This document shows, piece after piece, positions 1-14,800 of a stretch of DNA of 64,000 nucleotides. Positions within the stretch are counted from its first letter, which is position 1. Each line of letters starts with the position of its first letter. The position numbers and the translations under genes were made by a program. The notes below the pieces were generated by a model. That model made no database searches. It was not told the origin of the DNA and was given only the letters and a program-made list of their open reading frames with translations. Source of the stretch: Fimbriosthenelais zetlandica. Taxonomy: Eukaryota. Location: assembly GCA_977030845.1 (NCBI GenBank), contig OZ365116.1, forward strand, positions 18,848,001 to 18,912,000, in the 5' to 3' direction.

Positions 1-700
1 TATCTTTCTCACTGAAGAGGTCGTCCTGGCCACACTTGAGAGCACAGCGACCAGTGCGGTTAACAAACATATATTTTTGTGAATTTCTGTGGAAGGGGCA
101 ATAATTTGGTGCCCCACCTGGGGCTGCACCTGGGTTGTAAGCCCCGGGCTGGTAGGCGCGGTACCCGTCCCCTTCAAGGGGGATCTCTTTATCTGTTCCT
201 GGACCATCCATGCACATATGTTGATGATCGTTACGTTCAGGAAACTTAGAACAGTTGAGTGCTTCAGGCCAGGGGAAGCCGAACTCCTGTAGAACCGGCT
301 GACATCTCAGTCTCACAGATTCACACATAGGTCGACACGGGCCTATAGACTCCATCACCTTCTCTGTACACATGGGGAAATAGACTGAACAGAGGAAGAA
401 CCGGAGCTGATTGGAGCATCCATACTGGATGAGGGGACTGAACGTCTGAAGTTGAAGGTCAGCATCTTGTTGTGTCTCATGACCGACCAGGTTAGGCATC
501 CCCGTCACGTTATAGCCCAGACCTTTACACAGGTCCACAGCGATGGGGTCACATTGCCTAACGATGGCTGCCCCCAGACCCGGAATCTCCTGGGCTGTTG
601 CCATGGAAACAACGCCCTGCATGAGAAGCATGAGCAGCAGCAATGACGACGTCATCGTTGTCTTTGTCAGGGTTGTGATGTCAGGTCCGTAAACGTCCAT
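1..700 (-). CDS. fzd4: Frizzled-4 receptor, 5' part (signal peptide, CRD, linker); runs off the window edge
   Basis: Manual minus-strand translation from ATG at 700 is open for 233 codons to base 1: [37 protein letters not shown]...[119 protein letters not shown]...[16 protein letters not shown]. This is a 10-Cys Frizzled CRD with FZD4-typical motifs (MPNLVGHE, [11 protein letters not shown], PMCTEK, LNCSKFP, NDHxHMCM). It is absent from the ORF track, probably because there is no stop within the window. Confidence 0.95.
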   Translation of the reverse strand, partial: MDVYGPDITTLTKTTMTSSLLLLMLLMQGVVSMATAQEIPGLGAAIVRQCDPIAVDLCKGLGYNVTGMPNLVGHETQQDADLQLQTFSPLIQYGCSNQLRFFLCSVYFPMCTEKVMESIGPCRPMCESVRLRCQPVLQEFGFPWPEALNCSKFPERNDHQHMCMDGPGTDKEIPLEGDGYRAYQPGAYNPGAAPGGAPNYCPFHRNSQKYMFVNRTGRCALKCGQDDLFSEKD

Positions 701-3700
701 GACTGGTATCAAAAGATTGAAGCTCGTACAAGAAGGCTGCGACTCCAATATAGGAGAAAGCGATCTTAAATCACATTAAATAAAAGGTGAATTAATACAC
801 CGCACCTGGGGCCTTTTCTCCTCAATGTCACACTTCTCAAATAATGTTATAATAGAATGATTAGCATCCAACCAAGCAAAGTCTCCGGCTTTTGTGTTGG
901 CTATATTGAAACATGCGAGTCCCTTTCACAGCTTTCAGTAGAGGTTACAAAGGCCATGGAATCAGTTTGCTGGAAGACTGACTTTTTTCTTCTTCACGGG
1001 TAACACATTAGTCTCACACCTGACGTCTGGTCGTTAGGCTGGTGGTGGTGGAGACCTTGGGATATGATATTGCGCTCATCTCACTTTTTCTTTAAACTCT
1101 AAGTTTGGTGGCGGTTGATAAGTGGTGGATGATTGAGGATACACTCTGTGGCCTGACAACCGAGCACACAATATAACAACGATCTATGATCCAACTAGAT
1201 CTAATCACATCCATACAATCTTGTGTATCATAAACCTCAATCTCCATACATATCAATTTTCAGCCAAATACTTTATGACATCCGGAAAAGGTAACATCAA
1301 ACTTGGAAAGTTGCATGGAATATTAATCCCTACTTTGGATCTGGGATGAGGGGAGATAGTTGTAAGTAAGGCAAAGGTGGGTATGTATACACGTTTGACT
1401 GCCTACTTTCAGCCCCCATGTAGTTTACAATGATGAATGTGTACGCCTTGACAGGTCCTAGTTGATCACATCGTACGTTGACAGGGCGTGGAGAGAGGCC
1501 GACATGGGCAATTAACCGGTCGGCAATCGTGGAGGGTTACGTCCTAGCAAGAGCTCTTCACGGTGTATCGTGTTCTCCATTCAAAAAGTGGGATGAATGT
1601 GTACCTGTGTATGTAAGGCAGGGCTGGATGTCTATATGCATGGATGGGGGTGGGTCCAGGCAGGACCGTCCGATCCTCCCCGGCAATCAGGGCTACAAAG
1701 GCCGTCAGCACTTGTCAAGCCCTCCCCTTCTCCATCCACTACCCTCTCCCCTTGAGGAAAAAAACACCCCTTTCCTATCTTTTAAGGGGTACAAGAAAAG
1801 GTAGCCTTTCAATTACAGGCGAATTTCCTCTTAAGATTATTGCTTTCCGTTTGTAGATCGGTTCCCAAGGCTTTCACTGGGCTCAGAACTGTCGATAAAT
1901 GAATGCTTTATGTCAATGATTGATTTTTCTCTGGACCTGTTTACTTAAACTGGGCATGGCCTCCATAAAAGTGAGACGGAGCGGTGAAGTTTGGTAGTAA
2001 ACGATCAGATGGATGATAGAAAGTCAATATAGGTGGAGACTTTTTGCCCCCACTTGTGTTTTACAGGTATATGTACATATGATGGAATGTGGCAAGGGTC
2101 AACTAGCCTGATGTATGTCACCAACCGTCCATGTCAAGTACATTTCAGTAATCCAATATGACTTGCTCTATTACAGGAAGATATATGTCATAGATGTACC
2201 ATATATATCCCAGTTAATAGCCATTAAGTGTATCGGTCTATCAGCGAGTTCATGTGTAGATAATATCACAAATAATAACCGATATGAATTGAATAATTAG
2301 TCAGTGAATCACTCATTTAACACCATTGATGCATGTACGTATATAAGGTACATTAGACCAATATATGTATATCCCCTGGCTCTTGAATACCATGTATTAA
2401 ATCAGTTAATAATCCATGAAGTCCATAAACTTCCTGTATGACAAACCTAATGATCAGCCACACAATAAGGTATCTCAATTGGGTATCACAAGTACAGTGT
2501 AGACGTGTAAATATAAAAGTCTCCACAAGCAATAGAACCAATAGCTGCTTGTAAATCAAGCACTTGTGGGGGGAAGCTTCTCTTACAAGGGGATTATCAG
2601 GTAAAGCTGTGCTGGATGTTGATCTTGGATATCCTCCCCTGCTACATGTGACGTGTGTATATAACTTTCATCAGATGGGTGTCCTCCAGCTTCACTTTGG
2701 CACCAAGTCACTAAAGATCTGTAGTTAACTTTTCTCCCTCAGGCTTCTAACTATACAGTAGCACCAGCAGTTAACATGCACATAGAGTAAAGCCTGTGGC
2801 GTGGATTGAGAGTCCTTGGAGTGTATGTATATAAGCTTTTCCTGCCTATGACCAGCAGATGTGTGGTGGCAGTGGGATTATCAATGCCTACCACTTGTGT
2901 GTATGTGTTACTACTTCACATGGTGGGTAACAATGTGAGAGGGAGGAGGAAGGAGATCCACTCCCCTGGATTGTATGAATCCAAATGCTGCACCTATTGC
3001 ACACACATGAGTTGTGTGGGTGAGGGCTGTGTCCATCAGCTGTCAATCATTCCATCTTTACCCCTCCTCCCTGTCTTCTCCAGTCATCCAGGGTTGCCCA
3101 GTCATGTCTACTACAGCCTCCACGGTTGGCCTTCACACCTCCTCTATCTCACACCTATGACTGAACAGCCAGTGGTGGCCCATAAGGACCAACGCCAGGC
3201 TGGGAGTCCACACCAACTCCACTCAGCCAATGGAAGGCTTTGTTATCGTAGCTAGGCCACACCTACTGTGCTCTCATTGGCCAGGTTTGGGAGTTTAGTG
3301 CCGGGTGGGAGAATCCATAAGGCACCAGGGAAGAAATTGGGAGTACAGGTGTATTGGTATAAGGGCTGGTGAATTATGTGCTGGCGTGGAAAAAAGGAGG
3401 AAATTGTTAGAATTATTTGGGGACTAATTTGGGGTTATTATGCCCATTTCTCGTTCATCGACTCAAGAATGGGTTTAATTAATATTTCAGGACCAAACAT
3501 GTGTTCTGATTTGTGGAGCTATTTTAATGGTCGATACTGGCAAAAACCTGGCATGTGTATGTGGAAATTTGTAATAATATGGCAAATGATAGATAAATGT
3601 AATGACATGAGGTGGTTAACTCAAAATTAATCGCTTCATTGATTTAAAGATAATCATTTCCAGCATAATCATATCTAAAGATATGGTAGAAAACTTCCTT

Positions 3701-4628
3701 TGTTAAAACTATATCCTGCACCTTTTGTCATAATTATATCCTGCACCTTTTATCATGACTCTCACAATCACCTGTTTTGTGGCACAGGAAGGGACGATGG
3801 AGGACTAACTTGCTCTGTGGCGCCCCTGGTGCTTGTGTCATCTTTACTATATAGCGACTGGTGGCTTATTTAAGAACCTGTTAGGTCCATGCTGGGGGGT
3901 GAGTAATGGTAGTGGGAGGAGACAGCTTTAGGTTGTCATATATGGATGATCCATGTGTTGTGAATCAATGTATAGGCTATCACACCACGTCACCTTATGG
4001 CCCTTTATAAGCCCAAGGATCTGACTGGAAGGACATCCAATGACTAAAAGTCAGTAATGATTTATTAAACATTTTAATCTAAAACAGGTTACAGCAAGGA
4101 AAATATTTTATCTCATATTTGAACAGCACACAATTACAAGAAATAAAGCTAATACAATATCAAACTAAACTAACGAACTACAAAAGATTTGTACTTTAAC
4201 TTGCTAACTAAATGCTATAATAATTGGAGACTATACAAGCTTGAGAAAGACGTGGTCCTCAACCTTATAAAACAGTGGAAAACTATTTTGGGACAATTTA
4301 TCGGACCGTGGATATGCAATATACAATATGCAACAGATATCGCTTTTAAAATATCCAATCATGCATGATAATTTGTCGAAATACAGTCATATAATTAACT
4401 TTATACAAGGATATGTAGTATGTACATGTGAGGAAATATCCAGAATTCCAAATTTACTTCAGGGGTTAGGCATGGATCAATTTAATCAAATTACCATGCA
4501 TAAATATGAGGTGAAAAATATAACTACATCCCCTAATTCATCACAAATCTAGATTAAGGGTCTATATTTTTGTGGGACGCATACTAACACTCAGTTCCCT
4601 CTGTTTTCTGGCATCATACTATGATAGC

Positions 4629-7600
4629 TTATATTGACAAAGCAGAAAGAAGAAGAAATCCAACCAGAACTAGCCCCATTTCTACTCTGTGATATGAATT
4701 GGTGCTACTGGTGCACCCATATTTTGAGACATGTCCCTTCTCTCTAACTTCACCATTGCCTCTGACAAAAGCAAAGGGTTCCACTTCCGCCCATGGGCTA
4801 TGCAATGGCAAGTACAACCTATCCATCCTTCCATTCTCTGATGAAGAAAATCTCACTGGGATTTTGTAGGAGGAATACCAATATTTTCCTGTCATATTCG
4901 TGTAGAAAATGCCCTCAGTGGCATTGTACAGGAGCACTGCTGTAAAGAACTGCCCCATGCGCATGTGCAAACGGTTACTTCCGGTGTCATGATGGACATG
5001 GAGATTACCAAAACCCGGGTGATTGAAGGTACCGACAAAATGGTGGACGTTTTCAGGCAGACTGTCATCAGCGAGAGCTGTGATAGGTGGGTCTTCAGTC
5101 TGCCCCCAGGGCTCCGGAAACGAGCAGGCACTGGTGGCGTTGAGCCAGGGCGCATGCCCAGTGATGACGTCAGTGACGTAGTGGAGGACGTTGATGAGAG
5201 CCCACGTGGTAGAACCTTTAGGTGGACCGTTACATACAATGTACAGCCCCAGATCAAGGTCAGGATAAAACCAAACTTGGCTTTTATATGTAGTTATTCC
5301 TCCTGAATGCCAGACTCGTTTATAACCTGCGGAAAGAAAATTAATAAAGTTATCCAAATATAGTTAGACGGAACATGATGTGTTAGGCCTATTATCTTTA
5401 CTATGATTATGATGAAGAGACAAAGATGGGTATCACCTCTGTAGACATTGGTCATCCAGCCCATATTGTAAGCTAGGTGGACATCGTCTATGGGATAGGT
5501 GGGTCTGAGTAGATCTCTGTTTGCCATGGGGAGTGGAGAGGGCATCTCAGCCGTGTAGGTCTCGTCTAAGCCTCTAGGTGTCAGCAGTGGCGTGCCGTCC
5601 TCCAGGGCGCCGTGTCGGAGGTGGAACTGTAACCACCGTGAGATATCACCAGCTGTGGACAGCATCGATCCAGCGGGGTCTGCTGCGTGAGTCTGCCTGA
5701 AAAATAAAATCAAATAAAGTTTATTGGAGCCTTTACAAGCAGGGAGGAAAACTGACATTCAAAGTGGTTGTTCTTTTGTATTCATGTATATACTTACTTT
5801 ATTAGAACTTTTTCCACTTGGTGAAGTTCTCCATTTTCCAACTCAACATACGACCTTGCCAATTGGTCCCAGTCCTCCAGATGACGAATGAACGTCGTGG
5901 ACGTCATACCAAGTGGTTTCAATATGAGTCTGCGCACTAGGTCCTCCCAGGGACTTCCGCCAAGTACCTCAGCCACATAGCCAGCCAACATGTACATGTA
6001 GTTGTTATACCTAAACTTGGTCCGGAATGGGTAGACCGGTCTATGATATCGCAACCTCCTGAAAACAATCAAAATTTAAATCAGATCTGATGCCTCAATA
6101 TCGTACAAATCTTCACTTCTTTATGTATCGCTCGTACGAAAACAGATTATAGATTTAAAAATGTAAAAACTATAAAGGACATATGATGGGAGTACTTACC
6201 AGACCATGTTCTTGCGCGTCTCATTTTCAGGGAAGACAGCCATGAGTGGGAGAAAATAGTCCGGCACTCCCGTCTTGTGTGCCAGTAAATCGCGCAGTGA
6301 TACCTGGTGTGTGAGCAACTCGTTGTACATCTCAAACTCCTCACCAAGGATCTCCCTTATAGAGGTATCCCAGGTCGTTCTGAAAAGTGCACAACTTGAT
6401 TTCATCCAGACAGGACTGAGAAATCATGCATCGAATCCAGGATAAATTTCTACGCCTATAACTTCACCCTCTAGAATTTCGATTTTTGTATCAATCTTAC
6501 AAAACTCCCACAAAAGATGCACATAGTAAGCAACCACTTCCGGTTTCTAACCTAGCTTAAAGTGAACCAGTATGAACCGCATACGACCAAAAAAACTATT
6601 CTCGGTGAGTAGTATATGGAAAAGTTTATTGGCCGTAGGTCATATAAATAGTAAATTCTTGACCAATCAATTGCCTGGCTGTGACCCGCCATATAACAGA
6701 CTTTGGATCTGTGATGACAAAGGTATATGATGTGGTTATTGTGTGAGTGGACAAGGGCGCGACACTAACCCCACCACCAGGAGGTAGGCAACAGCAGATC
6801 CACTATTTATTCTCCCTCCTATCAGCCCTAACACCCGGTGCCAGAACTGTGTGGTCAAAGACTTAGGCCTGTTTTTATCCCATGTTTATGATGGAGTATG
6901 CTTGCATAGCCATTCAAGGGTATGCAAGATGCGGGTGCCTGCTGCGCTACGTCAGATTACAAGATATATAGGTGAATGTGTCGTTTGGGCCAGAAGAAAG
7001 TATACCCTTAATAATTGTTTCAGACCTTGAGATTATAGTTCCCTTTCTTGTAAATAATTTAGGAATGTCAGACATTTAAATATTTAGATATATTAGATTA
7101 CTTTTCTGACAGATGGTTCCAGATATACATATACCTAGAGCTCCTACTTATGTGCATCTTTCATGTTCGCAAAAACAATGAAAAAAAAATCAGAATAAAA
7201 ATGCTAATTGGACATATATATATATATATGTAGACACAAAATGTTCTTTACTTGCTCTCTTTCTCCAGCAATATGGCCAGAAGTGTAGCAGTGAAAGCCT
7301 TGGTGTTTGAAGCGATGGGAAACAGGCTTTGCACTGTGACTGGTTCCCTGTTCTCTAAGTCCACCATACCATAGCCCCTCTGTAGAAGCACTCTCCGGCT
7401 TGTAACCACGGACAAGGCCACACCTGGCAGATTCCGGCAAGCCAGGAGCGAGTTTATAAAATGGTGGATTTGTTCTTTTTGATGAGGACTGAGACTTCTC
7501 CTCGTTTGATGATGGTGATAATGTTTTCTGGGCGGGGTTGGCTCCGCTTGTGTCGTCACACTGATACACACCATCAATAACAGAAAGAGTAAGTGAAATA

Positions 7601-7640
7601 TCCCCTCCATGGACATTTGGATGCCTTTTCCTATTTTCAT
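4629..7640 (-). CDS. Secreted, probably GPI-anchored beta-lactamase-related (class C/PBP-like) serine hydrolase, about 595 aa, 5 coding exons
   Basis: Exons 7640-7252, 6379-6200, 6058-5798, 5696-5437 and 5326-4629; all introns GT-AG, phases consistent, total 1788 nt. Motifs: hydrophobic leader (GIFHLLFLLLMVCISVTTQA), LPGVALSVV, SxxK (ASNTK), LLAHKTG, YxN (YNN), PAGSMLSTAGDISRWL, HSGG, a DUF3471-like segment (FVGTFNHPGFGNL) and a hydrophobic C-terminal tail. The start could be any of the nearby Mets at 7640 or 7616. Confidence 0.92.
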
Positions 7641-8169
7641 TGTCCTGCAGATAATCTTCACGAAAGTAATGATGTACAATGAAGCATTCCAAAAGTATTC
7701 AGTTGAAGTTAAAAAGTCACTATTCCCATAGATTCATAAATCCTCTTACAGCTGCAATCTGATTCCTTGATTTCGACTATGATAGAATCCATGGAGAACA
7801 TTTGCAATATCCAAGGTAAAAGTTATGATACCAAGTGGTAGCCAGCCTTGGTATCTAAGAACTATCTTTCTCAATGTTATCAGATGCGCCACGAGCCTCA
7901 GGTAAGCAATGTAACCCCAATTGACTTCTCAGGTGTTCCTAATTGCTTTTTGGGTGGAGTCCTCCTACACACTATGTAATGTTCATTCCATAGAGCTCGG
8001 TGAACTAGGGTTTACTATTCATTCTCCTATTCCATCTGGGCTTTCTCCCCTAACTCTAGCTCCACCCAGGAGAGCAAACCCCCGACTAGCGTCTCCAGAG
8101 CGTGTGAATGACCACGTGACTGCTTTAGGGGCGCGCTTATAGAATGATTAGCCTATCCACTTGCTCCTG

Positions 8170-8400
8170 GCGCTGCTCTTCTGCTCTTATCCTTCCCACT
8201 ACTCTTTAACTGTTTAACTCCCACTACTTTCCCCTCTTCCTTCCTCTCACTCTTTTAAACGCTTTCGGCACCCTCCTCTACCATTTCTCCCTCAATGACC
8301 TGTTTTTCTTTCTTCTTTTCTTCTTGCTAACCCATTCTTCTTTCCAAAACCTCATTTTCCTCATTCTGTTTTCTTTCCCCCCATTTCCCCCCTTCTTTAC
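8170..8400 (+). repeat. Pyrimidine-rich low-complexity tract
   Basis: About 230 nt of mostly C/T on the + strand, upstream of the beta-lactamase-like gene. Confidence 0.6.
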
Positions 8401-11400
8401 ACATTCCGTCCATTGCCATTCCTCTTGCCTGTGATGGGCGTGTAAGGTGCCATTCTTCCCATCACCAAGTGTTTCTATAGTTAGATAAATGGGATGTACA
8501 GTCCCTCGTCTAGAGTACACAAAGTGCCCAATACCTGAGTGGGTAGAGTGCAGAGAAGTATGCGACTGATGGAATGTTATTTGCTAGGTATGCAAGGGGC
8601 AAGTCTCCTATCTGTTGCCAATTATTGCATTTATTTCTATGAGATCCAGTTTAATATTCGTAACTATTACAAACTACACATTTCCACGTCATCTTTCTTC
8701 CTGCAGGTCAACATATACATTATCGAAATGAAAAGAATGCAGTTGTGAAACAAACGCAGAATATGCATTGTAAGCATTCCAAGAATTGCATGATATACAT
8801 TAGGAATACCTTGGATGATGACAGGTGGAGAAACCCCAAAGGTCAAAGACCAATACCGCTAGGGGCGAGATATACCACAGTTAGAGCACATATAGCTAAC
8901 ACAATCTGCCCCTTGAGGCAAGTCGGAACCCAAGTATTTACTGCAGGGACAACAGTAACCGGGTTCTACAACTGTGTATACTCTAGCTCTGGCTAATTTA
9001 CAATGATTACTGTAATGACTATTAGAGGCAGAGTTGGGACATGACAAAGGCGTGTCATGCAGGTTAATGGTGCATGAAACTCTTTCCCTTCAAAACCATA
9101 TGATGGCCTTAATTACTAGGACATCAGCACTTACTCCGAGGTAATGAGCAGGTTCCTTCTCTCTCAGCAAAGATTACAGCCTTCCTGGCCTGTTTAATAT
9201 ATTCTACATTGGCCTATATATATATATAAAGGTACACAACTCCCGTAATTACAGATTAAACATTGACTGAAGGGAGAGTGCTTTGTACCAGGTAATTGTC
9301 ATATCGATACCAGGTTCAGAAGTAGAGACCTGCATGCACTGCCCCGGTAATATGTGCATTGATTACCGTGAAATGAAGGGCTCCATTGTAACACTAATGG
9401 CCTTCATTTTAAAATCAACATCAAGTCGTTCATGGACATGGCAGCTTAGAGCTTCTTTTGTTCTGACGTCACAGACCTCATCTGAAAGTGCGCATACTCA
9501 AAGAAGGAAGGTGGCAGATGCGTGGGTGTGGGACTTCTTAGATCACAATTTGATCATCTTCTCTTAGCTATTTCATCCACACAGATCACTTGCCAGATCA
9601 GGAAGCAGCTAAAAATAGCATTCTCGGACGCCAGTCTCCGGAGGCATGTGTCAAACCGGATCACAACTTGACACCACATCTCCTACACGACAACCTTTAC
9701 ACCAAATAGTGCCACCCGCGCATGAATACATCCCCAACTTCCCAGGCACTATCGCAGGCTGATAGGATAAAATAAGCAGCTCAAATGCAGTCCTTTCTAC
9801 TGCTTCCTACCCAACTGCTTTATTCAATGTGAAGGGATACTGGGAAGGAGAAAAGTTCCAATTGCTGACCTATGTAATGAATTCTACTTTTTCTCCATAA
9901 AGAGAAGTAGTCTAAAACAAGGACACGAATTGAGTAATGAGCCTGTATCAATGGTCCTTCCCCATTGTACTACTAGCATACCAGCAAACACAGTACAGTT
10001 GTGCAAATCGAGCATCATCTTAAAAGAAAAGAATGTCCACCTGGCCCGAAAAAATAATTATATAGGCCACCTGTGTTCTCTTAAATACACCCAGGCCTAT
10101 GGAACAGAAACTCGCCAGGTTTCAATTCATTGAGGTCTATAGTATGGATTTGGAGAATGGAGATTAACACAGCCTTGTATGTGTTGTGTTCTCCTTTAAC
10201 ATTGTGTCTGAAAAGGACTATGTTTTCCTACCTGAGCTGCCACACTGAGAAATATTTTCATTGCAGGTGTAATTGTAACGGATATTTCCTGCATGCAAAC
10301 TTACCAGGTGCATGAGTTCTTTTCTTGGGGTGTGGAGGGTACTATCCCATGGATAAAGTAGGGATTGCAACTCCAGAATAGCAGCCATATCTGGTCATTG
10401 AAGTCAGTATTTAACATTGTAATCATTATTTTTATAGTCCATGGTAAGATCTCAACACAGTTTACTAAGGTGGCTGTCGATATCCAAAGAATCGAATCTC
10501 AAACTAAAAAAAATAGCCATACAAAAACGAAAACGTTTTACATTGTATCAGTGACTCCCCTCGTTCCCACCCCATACACCCCCCCACCCCTCTAACACCC
10601 CTCTTACAGAGGTTCCCATATGCAGGCGAGTTCCACTGGTCAGGTATAGTACCTCCGGTACTTTGGATCAGGGTATGTATGAATTAGTAGCATTGGTCTT
10701 GCATTAGGATATCACCACCCCACTCAGGTAATTTCTTTTGGACTTTTAACTCTATGAATCAACTTACATTATATAAATATCTAACTACTTTGCTATGGAT
10801 GGCAATTCATGGACTTGTCTATACCCAGAAAGACGAGGGGAAGTTTTTTTAAAAGAAAAAAACCGGACACTGCTTCTCAAAGTGCCATTTTGCAGTTATA
10901 GTTAAATCGTTTAAAACATCCATAAACCAACAAAATTCCAATCGATAAACCATCACCATCATAGTTGTCATGCCAACGATCGAGGATGGGTGGAAAACAG
11001 GTGCTTCTAGCATGTATGCATTTAAAGTCTACCTATATATAGATACAAGACTTCCTGGACAGTAACATGGACATGGTTCTACTCAAGTAGAGACGTTTAT
11101 GAGTGTGGGAATATACCATATGAAGTGGATTAGATATTCTACTGTGCATGTTCTATATTCCTGGAGAGAAGGTTAATATTGGGGAATTCCATTTTGATAT
11201 ATATTATGGGTTGAACTACTATTACTAGGATTGTTATTTCAACACCGATTTGCCGGTACATATGAGGAGATTGGTATATCACAAGTAGAATAATACTTTT
11301 TGTAGGCAAATAATTGGAGACTTTTCAGCCCTATTAGTCTTGGAACACCTGTAATCTCACGTATATTAAATCGTGGCCATTCCAAGAAGACTTCTAGTAT

Positions 11401-11897
11401 TAAGAATGATATAGGGAGTAAATCTAGTGGCTTTCTTACCTGTACTACATTATATAGCACCGTCTGGCATGTATATATAAGCATACTATACTTGCATGTT
11501 TAGACACATGGATCATGCTTCATTTATACAATGTGAGTACAATAATCTGGCGAGATTCTCGATGAAGGATTTTGAGGGTAGATATTATGGCCTTTAATCT
11601 CTGGATAAATGCCCCCTCACAGGTGCTAATCCCCGGGAACCTCACTAAACTGAACTCTAACTTCACTCTTGCAGGATATACCAGACAATGAAGCATATAA
11701 CTTTGGAACATCATAGAACGATCTTCAATTCTAAAACACACTTGTCAACCTCGACATTTGAAGAATTGTCTCCATGGTCATGAGATCGAAGAAGACTAAG
11801 TAATACAAATCATGACACGATGACATTTCAACATGGAATGAAGCAGAAGTCAAGTTAGACAGAGTGGTCTCTCTGGACAGATAGAGAAAGGCTAAGG

Positions 11898-14800
11898 ATG
11901 GGGAAGTTTGAGGAGCTGTTTGAAGAGAAAGGTGATGATGTGGAGGGGCAAACTAAGAAGAAGAGGGTGGGGTCGTATGTATTGGGACGTATTCTTGGTG
12001 AGGGCTCCTTTGCCAAAGTAAGGCTAGCTGTGCATCTGTTAAGCATGGAAAGGGTAAGTCTTCATATGAAACTTAATGAATCATTTGTCTTTAGTATATG
12101 ACTACATGTACATGTTTGAATGCAAAAGCTAATCCATGTGTTTTGACCACCTACCAGATTATCTTATACCTTACAGGTAGCAGTAAAGGTGGTTAATAAA
12201 CATAGTGTAAAGAAGCGGGATAATGCCAAGAGGAACCTTCACCGTGAAGCAGGGATGTTACAGAGACTGAGCCACCCTAACATCATCCAGCTGTACGAGG
12301 TGATGGAGACTGACAACCATTACTACATCGTCACTGAGCTGGCTGACGGCTATGATTTCATGGGCTACATCTCAGAGAGGTCAGACTTCAAGCTTTATAC
12401 ATGCCTGATTCACAATTATGCTTAATGAGCTACCAGGGTCAATCAAGCTTATCTGAGTGGCTTAAAATTAAACGGTGGTAGACCAATCTATCGTAGAAGG
12501 CACAAAGTGTACATATTAAGTGCAGCCTAGTGGAGCTACCTGTCGTCAAAACAGGGAACAAGCCTGTAAGCGGCATGATGGAAAAACCAATGGTACTCAG
12601 TCCACCCAGGCCACCCACTTCTTACATGAAATATACTTTTTGAGTAAGATAAATAAATATCATTAACTAAGTTTCGTCAATTACAGGCAGAGTTTGCCGG
12701 AGCGTGAATCACAGCGTTACATGAGACAGATTGTAACAGCCGTGGATCACATGCATCAATCTGGGGTGATACACAGGTAAATTAGCTACCTCCATGTTCT
12801 ATGATATTACCCCAGTACATGTATATGGTTCATACCAATGCTCACTGACTTTTCTTATGTTTCAGAGATCTCAAAATAGAGAACTTCATGCTTGATAGAA
12901 ATATGAATATCAAAATAATAGGTGGGTGTGTGTTTTGTCTTCTAACTTTCATGTAGAGACTAGTTCTTCTGAGGAATTGGACCGTCTTGGTGTTTCATAT
13001 TTTGGTATTTGATGAGTAACCACAATATATAGATTAACAAGGTATTACACAAGCCATTAGGGCAAGTTTAAGAAGCAAGGACGCCAATCATTAATTAATC
13101 CCATATAGCTGAAAATAGGTCATGAATGAGCTTAGCACCGAAGCATGCATGCCACCACATCATGCTTTATATGCATTATTATATAAATACCACAGGTATG
13201 AAAGCATGTCAGGCTTTAATACCATTAGTAAAGGGAATTTCCGGCCTCTGTTTTGGGATTTAGATGAGGACTTGTCACTGCTCAGGTCGACCAGCTAATA
13301 TAGCTTAATGCTAGCTGAGGGTTGCACCTACCAAAAGGTGCGAGAACATTATAACAAAAGTTCTTAGAACTGTAATTTGTTACGTAGCTAATTATCTTAT
13401 TACACTATGGAGAAATGGGCAGGCACCCCATATTGGTGGGTTAAGAACATTTCCATGCGTGTTCTCATTCATCTGCAATGAACCGAGGAGAGGAATTGTG
13501 CATGGAGTAAGTTCTTGGACAGCAGAAAAACAGTGAGATTCTTGGAAATATCTATAGCTCTTGTATGATCTGGATATATATGGTTGATTCACAAAACTAG
13601 TCATGTGAATATTAATATTACCATGTAATTGTCTGTGAAACCTTGAACAAATACGATTATCCACGAACAGGAGAGGAGCTAAAGTTAATCTTCTACCTGG
13701 AGTGCAAATTGGAAATCCCACCTAGATACACTACACTGGAGTATACAAATACATACTCAATGACTTGAATGGATATACTAATATAACATAACCAATATTT
13801 CTCAACATATCCTCCCCTTTTAGATAATATCCAAACTGGAATCTTTATGACAGACTATTCATCCATGAACACCAAAAAGATTTGATGTTCTAATTTACAA
13901 ATCCATGTGATATGAGAACAATTATCTATCAATAATGAACCAGGATTTAGGCTTTTGAGAATAGCTATGTTTCCAGAAGCATTGATCATAGCCAGTCAAG
14001 CGTAGCGTATATGTTAACTATGATAAAGGAGGGTGTTAGAATATGCTGCCAAATCACGCTATATAGCCAACAGCATTCCTGGCAAAGCTAGGTTGATCCA
14101 CCAGTTTTAAATTGGTTAGTAATCATGTTTTCTCAAGTATTTAAACTAAACCCAATACGTATTGGCTTGAATTTCCTCAATAGAATTTAGTCGACCATAT
14201 ACACGCATTCTAAATAATGCAATGGCTTCTGACGGATGGATTTGATTGCACGGAGCTTCACGAAGCTTTAGTATGAATTAATGTCATTTACAGACTTTGG
14301 ACTGGGTAATGTCTGGGACGGTCAGAATCCACTAACGACCCAGTGTGGATCACCAGCCTATGCTGCTCCTGAGATCTTCAGTAAGAGACCATACAGCACT
14401 ACTGTCGATATATGGAGTATGTAAGTATGAAACATAACTTCTATCATACCATGCAATATCCTCAGATACGCCACTTAGCCACTTGGCAAGGGACACATGA
14501 TTTTAATTAATATTTGTAAGAGATTTGTTCACCGTCATCTCAAATATCTCTTTGACAGAGGAGTGAATCTTTACGCCATGTTGACTGGAAGTTTGCCTTT
14601 TACAACAGACCCACCAAATAACCTCAAACGACTCCATGCTGCCATACTAAAAGGGTGTGACCCGCCCTCCAACATAACCCCAGGTACGTGTCTTATGTAT
14701 ACCCACAGTACCCTTATCTTTAGTCTTTCACATTTGAAGATGTCATTGTCATTCAATTCTGTCTTTCAGAATGCAAGGATGTGCTACTCAATCTCCTGGA

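Noticed and set aside
597-610. X-box-like GTTGCCATGGAAAC
   Set aside because: Lies inside the fzd4 coding sequence (codons V-S-M-A-T), so it is explained by protein coding.
89-646. Plus-strand ORFs of 67 and 64 aa
   Set aside because: Antisense shadows of the fzd4 CDS.
2806-3255. 149-aa ORF, plus a PHD-like CxxCxxWxH on the opposite strand
   Set aside because: No coherent domain. It may be a decayed retroelement, but I cannot support that without a repeat search.
4629-7640. Bacterial contamination or recent horizontal transfer of a beta-lactamase
   Set aside because: Four canonical in-phase spliceosomal introns and eukaryotic targeting signals show it is an integrated host gene.
7204-7692. 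162-aa minus-strand ORF
   Set aside because: Alternative frame overlapping exon 1 of the beta-lactamase-like gene; no recognisable features.
13392-13721. 109-aa antisense ORF in kinase intron 4
   Set aside because: No motif or convincing splice signals; the length is within chance.
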